Part shown: positions 56,055 to 64,000 of the stretch, piece after piece
How the letters are laid out: each line of letters begins with the position of its first letter
Numbering within the stretch: the first letter of the stretch is position 1
Assembly: GCA_002269645.1 (NCBI GenBank)
Contig: NIVC01001010.1
Coordinates: 124,001-188,000 of the forward strand
Source of the DNA: Macrostomum lignano
Taxonomy: Eukaryota
Length of the DNA stretch: 64,000 nucleotides
Reading direction: 5' to 3'
Made by a program: the position numbers and the translations under genes
The notes under the pieces: generated by a model
What the model was told of the DNA's origin: nothing
What the model saw: only the letters and a program-made list of their open reading frames with translations
Databases searched by the model: none

Positions 56055-59000
56055 TTATTGCTGTGGACTCACGCCGCCTAGCAGTTTAATAATCTGCATT
56101 TTCACATCTTTAGTAGCCTCTCCAGCCTTGGGAATGACCACTCGATCCATATCGGTGAGGTGGGTCACTCCGTCCTTGTCCGTGTCGCCATATTTAAACG
56201 TGATAAACTCCGGCAGTCGCTTTTTCGATGTGATTTTCACCACCTTGACTAGCGGCCTGCGAACGACAATGGCGGCCATACCGGGCTGCTTGGGGCAGAG
56301 CCGCAACAGGTACATGTGCTGCTCACGAATTATTAAATGGCCAGGCGTTTGCTGGTTATCGTCTCCTAGTAGTAACGAGCACGGATAGCTGCTCAACGCG
56401 TCCCGCTGCCAGGTGGATACGCTTACCTGGTAGGGGAGGCGACGGGATTGATAGGTTTATTGGCACTGGCTGGCAGTCCTGACTCATGTAGCCCAGTCAC
56501 CCACAGGTGTGACAGGTAGCCCAGTCACCCATAGGTAGCTCAATCAGCCATAGACAGCCCAGTCCCTCACAGACAGCCCAGTCACCCATAGACTGCAGCC
56601 ACAGACAGCCCAGTCGGCCCATAGACAGCAGCCACAGACAGCCCAGTCGCCTATAGACAGCAGCCACAGACAGCCCAGTCGCCCATAGACAGCAGCCACA
56701 GACAGCCCAGTCGCCTATAGACAGCAGCCACAGACAGCCCAGTCGCCCATAGACAGCAGCCACAGACAGCCCAGTCGCCTATAGACAGCAGCCACAGACA
56801 GCCCAGTCGCCCATAGAGAGCATCCACAGACAGTCCAGTCGCCCAGACACCACCCAATGAAAGACAGAAAAAAGATCTCAGCTCACCAGCTCCTCAGTCT
56901 CATCCTCTTCATCATCCTCGCCTTCCAGGCTAAATACGTCGCCAGTGTTGCGATAAGAATTCTTTCCACTGCCGCCTCCGCCACCAACGGAGTCAACGCC
57001 GCTAATAGCGATTCCAGCCTGAGCTAGCTGGCTCATCTTTGTCACCAAGCTGTCCGCTTTGTGACGCAACCGTTTAAACAGCTGCTGCTCACCTTGAGCT
57101 GCTAACTGCCGTTGCTGCTGCTGCTGCTGCTGTTTAGACTGCGGCTGGTCCTGCTGCTGATTGCTAGCACGCTGGGTACTTGGCAACTGTTGCTGTTGCT
57201 GCTTTGACTGTCCACCAGACGAGGCTGCCGCAGACCTGGCACATTCCGGACAAGTTTTCTGGCAGTGCTCAGCTAATCTGTTAGGGCCTAATTCTTTGTG
57301 CAGAGCGGCGTAGCCACCCGGAAATATGCTGACACCGGGGCACAGGCGACGGAGCAGCTGGGCGGCCACCAGCACGGTGGTGGTGTCCTCCTCTTTGCGG
57401 CCGTGCCCGCTAACGCACAGCGGACCGTTGGCTGTTCGGACAACTGCGGCCAGAGCCGAATCGAATTCGGTTGGCCGGCTGAGCAACAGGCCGCTGTCCA
57501 GGTTGTAAGCCCCGGCCAAGTGGCCACGATTATACATATCGGGCGAGCGGACGTCCACCTGTGGGAGTAAATGTAAATGTGGGTGCACGGTACACACTAG
57601 GGGCGGATCTCGGGTACACGGTACACCCTAGGGGGCGGATTTTGGGTGCACGGTACACACTAGAGGCGGATCTCGGGTACACGGTACACCCTAGGGGGCG
57701 GATTTTGGGTGCACGGTACACACTAGGGGCGGATCTCGGGTGCACGGTACACACTAGGGTGCGGATCTCGGGTACACGGTACACACTAGGGGGCGGATCT
57801 CGGGTACAGGGTGCACACTAGAGGCGGATCTCGGGTACACGGTACACACTAGAGGCGGATCTCGGGTACACGGTACACCCTAGGGGGCGGATTTTGGGTG
57901 CACGGTACACACTAGGGGCGGATCTCGGGTACACGGTACACACTAGAGGCGGATCTCGGGTACACGGTACACACTAGAGGCGGATCTCGGGTACACGGTA
58001 CACACTAGGGGCGGATCTCGGGTACACGGTACACACTAGGGGCGGATCTCGGGTACACGGTACACACTAGAGGCGGATCTCGGGTAAATGGTACACACTA
58101 GGGGCGGATCTCGGGTACAGGGTACACACTAGAGGCGGATCTCGGGTACACGGTACACACTAGAGGCGGATCTCGGGTACACGGTACACACTAGAGGCGG
58201 ATCTCGGGTAAATGGTACACACTAGGGGCGGATCTCGGGTACAGGGTACACACTAGAGGCGGATCTCGGGTACACGGTACACACTAGAGGCGGATCTCGG
58301 GTACACGGTACACACTAGAGGCGGATCTCGGGTACAGGGTACACACTAGAGGCGGATCTCGGGTACACGGTACACACTAGAGGCGGATCTCGGGTACACG
58401 GTACACACTAGGGGCGGATCCCGGGTGCACGGTACACACTAGGAGTGGATCTCGGGTACATGTTAAACTCAGTGGCGACTACTTTAGAATACTCCATGAC
58501 CTGTTTAGTCAGTAATACAAAGTCAGCTCTAACCAGCGTGAACGGCGGATCCCTGGTGACCTCGGCAACGGTGACTGGCAGGCAAAGCGCCATCAGCAGG
58601 TCCGCATCGGGCTCGGCGTCGCCAAATAGAGCGGCGGTGAACAGAGTGCGCAGGCTGGCAGGCGTACGGCAGGCGTAGTGCTGCGCCAAGGTGCACAAAT
58701 CGGCCACGTCGGCTACGCCTAGAGCGCTTGGCGTTGTGCTCAGCATTCGGCGAACTGATTCGGCGTCAACGTCCGGTGCTAGTAGGGACTCCTTGCAGTT
58801 GACAACAAATACTAGACCTGCAGGGTGCAGGGTGAACTAGTGTGAGTTCAAGACCATGCTTAACATGGGAGTATGGGGTATGGGAGGATGGGGAAGGTGG
58901 GATAGATGGTTGCGGGAGGCTGGTGAAGGTGGGATGACTGAATTAAAGTAAGGTAAAACACGGAAGGTGGTTTAGATAAATAATTATTTGCAGGGCTGCG

Positions 59001-62000
59001 GCCACCTCCGTCGCAACGCCTTCGGCGACATTGTCGCGCAACCAGCCCTGACGGCAATTCTACCCATTCCGCTGACTCCTGAGCACAATACTAGCTCCCC
59101 AATGCTGTACGCAGGCACGCACTCACACACGCTCACACAGGGTGTACAGCAGCCCTGGCTTTCTAATCGTCAGGCATGTAGACAGGCAGATTTTTCTACA
59201 AGACATTAGAAAAAAGCAACAGATAACGCACTGATGAACAATAGCAGAAATGGATCAGCCAGCAGGAAGTACATATCCCATAGCGGATGCAGCACTTCCG
59301 TCGCCAAGTCTCGAGCCAGTAGGCCGGCCATCCAGTCGGAGGCAAAGTCAGCCACGGGCAGTCGCAGACTATCGAGCAGGGAGCTGAGCGCAGGCTCGTG
59401 ATACTGCAACAGCAGGCGGAACACGTGACAGGCCGGCTCGGGTCTCGGCGTGTACTTTGTGAGCAGAGCCGAGAACATTGGGAATAGGGCTCGGGTAGAT
59501 GGTTGTTGCTGCTGTGGCGGCTGCTGCGGCAGCTGAAGTAGAGCTCGAACCACCTTGGCGTAGAGATACAGATTAGTGGATAATCTCAGATCAGATACGG
59601 ATTAGCGGATAATCTCAGATCAGATACGGATTAGCGGATAATCTCAGATCAGATACGGATTAGCGGATAATCTCAGATCAGATACGGATTAGCAGATAAT
59701 CTCAGATCAGATCAGATACGGATTAGCAGATAATCTCAGATCAGATCAGATATGGATTAGCGGATTATCTCAGATCAGATACGGATTAGGGGATAATCTC
59801 AGATCAGATACGGATTAGCGGATAATTTCAGGTCAGATACGGATTAGCGGATAATCTCAGGTGAGCTACGGATTAGCGGATAATTTCAGATCAGATCAGA
59901 TACGCATTAGCGGATAATCACCGGTCAGGTGAGCTACGGATTAGCGGATAATCACCGGTCAGGTGAGCTACGGATTAGCGGATAATCTCCGGTCGGTGAG
60001 CTACGGATTAGCGGATAATCTCAGGTCAGGTGAGCTACGGATTAGCGGATAATCTCAGGTCAGATCAGATACGGATTAGCGGATAATCTCAGGTCAGATC
60101 AGATACGGATTAGCGGATAATCTCCGGTCGGTGAGCTACGGATTAGCGGATAATCTCAGGTCAGATCAGATACGGATTAGCGGATAATCTCCGGTCAGGT
60201 GAGCTACGGATTAGTGGATAATCCCAAGTCAGCTCAGATATGGGTTGATACCTGAAGCCACACAGACAGAAACTTCCGACCAGTCAGTTTGCAGTAGTGC
60301 GTCAGCATCGACTCCAAATCCGACTGCATTGCTACGCCGCCTTCGCCGCCTCCGGCGTCCCAGTCGCGTACGAAATCCCGGCAGGCAGCGCGGAGCTCAG
60401 CCTGTTCGGGCAAGTCGAACAGGCCGTCGAATTCGTCTAGAAGGCTGGCAGCCCGAGCACCGCCAGACGCCGCGCCCAGACAGATGGACCACACCTGGAG
60501 GGCGGAGAAGGTGAAAGCAGTAAAATAAAAAAATGCTTTTTACAAAAATCAGTAGATGTGACTTAAAACTCGCAGAGTACAGTTGCTATGAAGGATCTGG
60601 GGTTAGACATACTGACACACTGAAGGATCAGGGGTTAGAGATGCTGAAACACTGAAGGATCAGGGGACAGAGCGGCTGTCTCACTGAAGGATGAGGGGAC
60701 AGAGCGGCTGTCTCACTGAAGGATCAGGGGACAGAGCAGCTGTCTCACTAAAGAATCCGGGGACAGAGCGGCTGTCTCACTGAAGGATCAGGGGACAGCG
60801 ACTGTCTCAATGAAGGATCCGGGACAGAGCGGCTGTCTCACTGAAGGATCAGGGGACAGAGCGACTGTCTCACTGAAGGATCAGGGGACAGCGACTGTCT
60901 CACTGAAGGATCAGGGGACAGAGCGGCTGTCTCACTGAAGGATCAGGGGACAGAGCGGCTGTCTCACTGAAGAATCCGGGGACAGAGCGGCTGTCTCACT
61001 GAAGGATCAGGGGACAGAGCGGCTGTCTCACTGAAGGATCCGGGGACAGAGCGGCTGTCTCACTGAAGGATCAGGGGACAGAGCAGCTGTCTCACTGAAG
61101 GATCAGGGGACAGAGCGGCTGTCTCACTGAAGAATCTGGGGACAGAGCGGCTGTCTCACTGAAGGATCAGGGGACAGCGACTGTCTCAATGAAGGATCCG
61201 GGACAGAGCGGCTGTCTCACTGAAGGATCAGGGGACAGAGCGGCTGTCTCACTGAAGGATCAGGGGACAGCGACTGTCTCACTGAAGGATCAGGGGACAG
61301 AGCGGCTGTCTCACTGAAGGATCAGGGGACAGAGCGGCTGTCTCACTGAAGAATCCGGGGACAGAGCGGCTGTCTCACTGAAGGATCAGGGGACAGAGCG
61401 GCTGTCTCACTGAAGGATCAGGGGAAAGCGACTGTCTCAATGAAGGATCCGGGGACAGAGCGGCTGTCTCACTGAAGGATCCGGGGACAGAGCGGCTGTC
61501 TCACTGAAGGATCAGGGGACAGAGCGGCTGTCTCACTGAAGGATCAGGGGACAGAGCGGCTGTCTCACTGAAGGATCAGGGGACAGAGCGGCTGTCTCAC
61601 TGAAGAATCCGGGGACAGAGCGGCTGTCTCACTGAAGGATCAGGGGACAGAGCGGCTGTCTCACTGAAGGATCAGGGGAAAGCGACTGTCTCACTGAAGG
61701 ATCAGGGGAAAGCGACTGTCTCACTGAAGGATCAGGGGAAAGCGACTGTCTCAATGAAGGATCCGGGGACAGAGCGGCTGTCTCACTGAAGGATCCGGGG
61801 ACAGAGCGGCTGTCTCACTGAAGGATCAGGGGACAGAGCGGCTGTCTCACTGAAGAATCTGGGGACATATCAGAATCAGATCTAATCAACAAAGTCAAGG
61901 CTCAAACGCACCTGAGCACGCAGGTGGCCAGGCACTGCGCGGCCCCTGCAGATATTTCTGACGGTGCCAAAGTCGCACTCGTCGTCAAGCAAAGCAGTTT

Positions 62001-62283
62001 CCAGATCGATTCGCCAAGCTGTTTCGCTGCCACCGCCGAGACCGCCGCCGCCATCATCGGCATCGTCTTCGTCTACGGTAGCAAAGCCGCTCTCCCGGAG
62101 CCGCTCCAGTTCTTCAAACAGATCCTCATCGGCCTCGCCGTCGTCCTCGAAGCCGGACAGCTCAGTTGCCGCGGCAATCTGCTCAGCTCCAAATGAATCA
62201 TGCTCGAGACAGGCATCAGGATCTTCTTCATTAATTAATTCTGACTGAGACTGATTAGCACTAGCAGACTCTGGCTCTGTCAT
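56055..62283 (-). CDS. TBC1D23: TBC1D23 homolog (TBC domain, rhodanese-like domain, C-terminal PH-like domain); exons near 62283-61912, ~60495-60250, ~59550-59232, ~58820-58460, ~57560-56887, ~56425-56055
   Basis: DFGTVRNICRGRAVPGHLRAQ|VWSICLG, CHVFRLLLQYHEPALSSLLD, LWDMYFLLADPFLLLF, VDVRSPDMYNRGHLAGAYNLD (rhodanese), KVVKITSKKRLPEFITFKYG...ATKDVKMQIIKLL*. Some exon boundaries are approximate. Confidence 0.88.
56510..61865. repeat. Four different intronic minisatellites in TBC1D23: ~31-bp at 56510-56845, 31-bp at 57580-58460, 26-31-bp at 59560-60235, 32-bp at 60620-61865
   Basis: Units seen directly (e.g. GGATCTCGGGTACACGGTACACACTAGAGGC; ACTGAAGGATCAGGGGACAGAGCGGCTGTCTC). Confidence 0.93.
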
Positions 62284-62449
62284 GGCTGCAGCTATGATCA
62301 GGTAGGCTGATATGTACTTCAATTGCTTTGCTGAAAATCAATAGGCATTTATAAAGAACATTTAAAGACCAAACTTTGTTACATCATATTTTTATGCCAT
62401 TTTAACAAAAAATAAACCTAGATAACAATTGAGATAATAATCTATGCAG

Positions 62450-63240
62450 TCTATGCAGACCAACAACAACAACAGAGTACGCTGCCAGATCACAAAAGCA
62501 GCGTCAGATGGTGCGCTTCAAAGCTTGGGCGCGAACAAAAGCCGCACCGCCGGCAGAGTCCGGGGCGCCGGCGTCAGCCAGCAGACAGTCGACGTAGCGC
62601 CGAGTCCTCGCCTGTCCCCGCCGGTAGGGTGCCTGCAACGTAAGTAGCAGCACCTCCTGCACCGGCTCCGGGCAGTAGGCCTCGGCGCGGATGACGTGGC
62701 CTGCCAGCTGGAGTCGCCGACGGCGCAGCAGATCGCTAGGACGGGCCAGGCCGGCGCGATGATAGAGCGCCGTGTTGGTGACTCGCTCGTTGCCGATCTT
62801 GAAGGCGGCGCGCAGCAGGCCAGCGTGCGCCGCGTCGACTTGAGCCTCGAGCGAGTCTGTCAGCGTCCAGGTCTCGGCGTTGTATAACAGGACGGTCTCG
62901 ATCACCGCCTGGAACAGCGCCGCCCTCTGGCGGTCCGGTAGGGCCTCGGACTGCAGGACTGACCTTATAGAACGAAAGGCAGCCCAAGCAAGTCCTCGGC
63001 GACGCCGCAGATCCTCGCGGACGTCGGGAACCAGACCGCCGAGGTAGACGAACTGCTGACATCTTGGAAGCTCACTCGCCTGTCAGTCAGCGCCTCGGCA
63101 GAAGATTGCAGCCTCGGTGTCGTCCGGCACGCATAGCACGACGGTCTTCTGCGTGTTGACCACCAGGCCGACGCTCGCTGCAACGGCAACCAGCCTATCC
63201 AGCTGTCGTTGGGCGCCCTCGACGGTCGAGGACAGCAGGG
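62450..63240 (-). mobile_element. 5'-truncated RTE-like non-LTR retrotransposon remnant
   Basis: F.YLGGLV...DLRRRRGLAWAAF, IETVLLYNAETWTLT, RRRRLQLAGHVIR are RTE-type late-RT motifs. Frameshifted, with a short simple-repeat tail near 62450-62475. Confidence 0.75.
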
Positions 63241-64000
63241 CAGACCAATAGCTCATTTATCTTTAGTTATTAAGTTAGCACTCTTCATGTTTGCGCCCAC
63301 TTTCAATCAATCTTTGCATTCTTCTTCTAAACCTAAAAAACTAAAATTTACTAACCCCTTGTTACATTGAATGGATGGGTCTATGAGAATTTCCCTGTGG
63401 AAAAACATCTTATGGGAAAACCTTGTTGCAAGAAGATCTTAGTGAGAAATCTCAGCAGGGAAATCTTGGTGCAAAAGGCTTGGTGGTTAAACCTATGAGA
63501 AAACATTGCTGTGGGAAAAGCTCATGTGGGCAAACCTCAGTAGGAAATTCTCACACTCCCAAATGGATACTAGTTTATTTTATTTTCAATAGAATAGCAT
63601 TTCCAATTATAGACATAGCTACATGTATAAGGTTATATAAAGGTAACCAAGGAGAATTTTTGAAAAGTACCAAGACTGAAATAATTTAAAACATATAAAC
63701 ATATGCATTTTGTTTCTATATCCTTGCACCAAATACTATAGAAACTATATCTTTATAGTAGTATAACTCTACCATTGTCTAGTTTTAAGCCACAAAAAGA
63801 AAAATTAAAGGAAAGTGTTGTGGTTATGAAATAATTAAGTGTTACTAATTCTTAATTTTAGTTCAATGATTACATATTGCTTATAAAAATAAAATAAATT
63901 TATCTATACAATTTCCTTGACCATAAAAGTTCAAAGATGATAAAATAATAGGCCTAGTCTATTTAGCTTATTTTTGATTGATAAATTAATCAACCAAAGT

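Overview
Eukaryotic (animal) genomic DNA with GC-rich exons and introns filled by locus-specific minisatellites. The style resembles flatworm assemblies such as Macrostomum, but that is inference only. Five spliced host genes were reconstructed by eye: an SLC4 anion transporter (-), a small IQ-motif gene (-), tyrosine hydroxylase (+), IBTK (-) and TBC1D23 (-). There are also mariner, Gypsy, RTE and RNase H-bearing LINE remnants and a tRNA-derived SINE family. The standout is at 7178-16129, antisense inside a 14.2-kb SLC4 intron. A complete U5 snRNA gene runs directly into a 6.4-kb Jockey/I-group-like APE+RT non-LTR retrotransposon whose ORF1 starts with an AlkB (2OG-Fe(II) dioxygenase) domain. 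The element's first ~70 nt are the 3' half of U5. Its (AAC)n-tailed 3' end is joined to the same U5 position, just after loop I (TTTTACT^AAAGATTTCC), three times in a row, giving a head-to-tail array that decays away from the U5 5' half. The older heads are diverged but keep the U5 stem Ib strand and an Sm-like site, and one also keeps the 3' hairpin. I interpret this as a U5-targeting, U5-restoring, AlkB-encoding retrotransposon. No database search could be run, so novelty is unverified.
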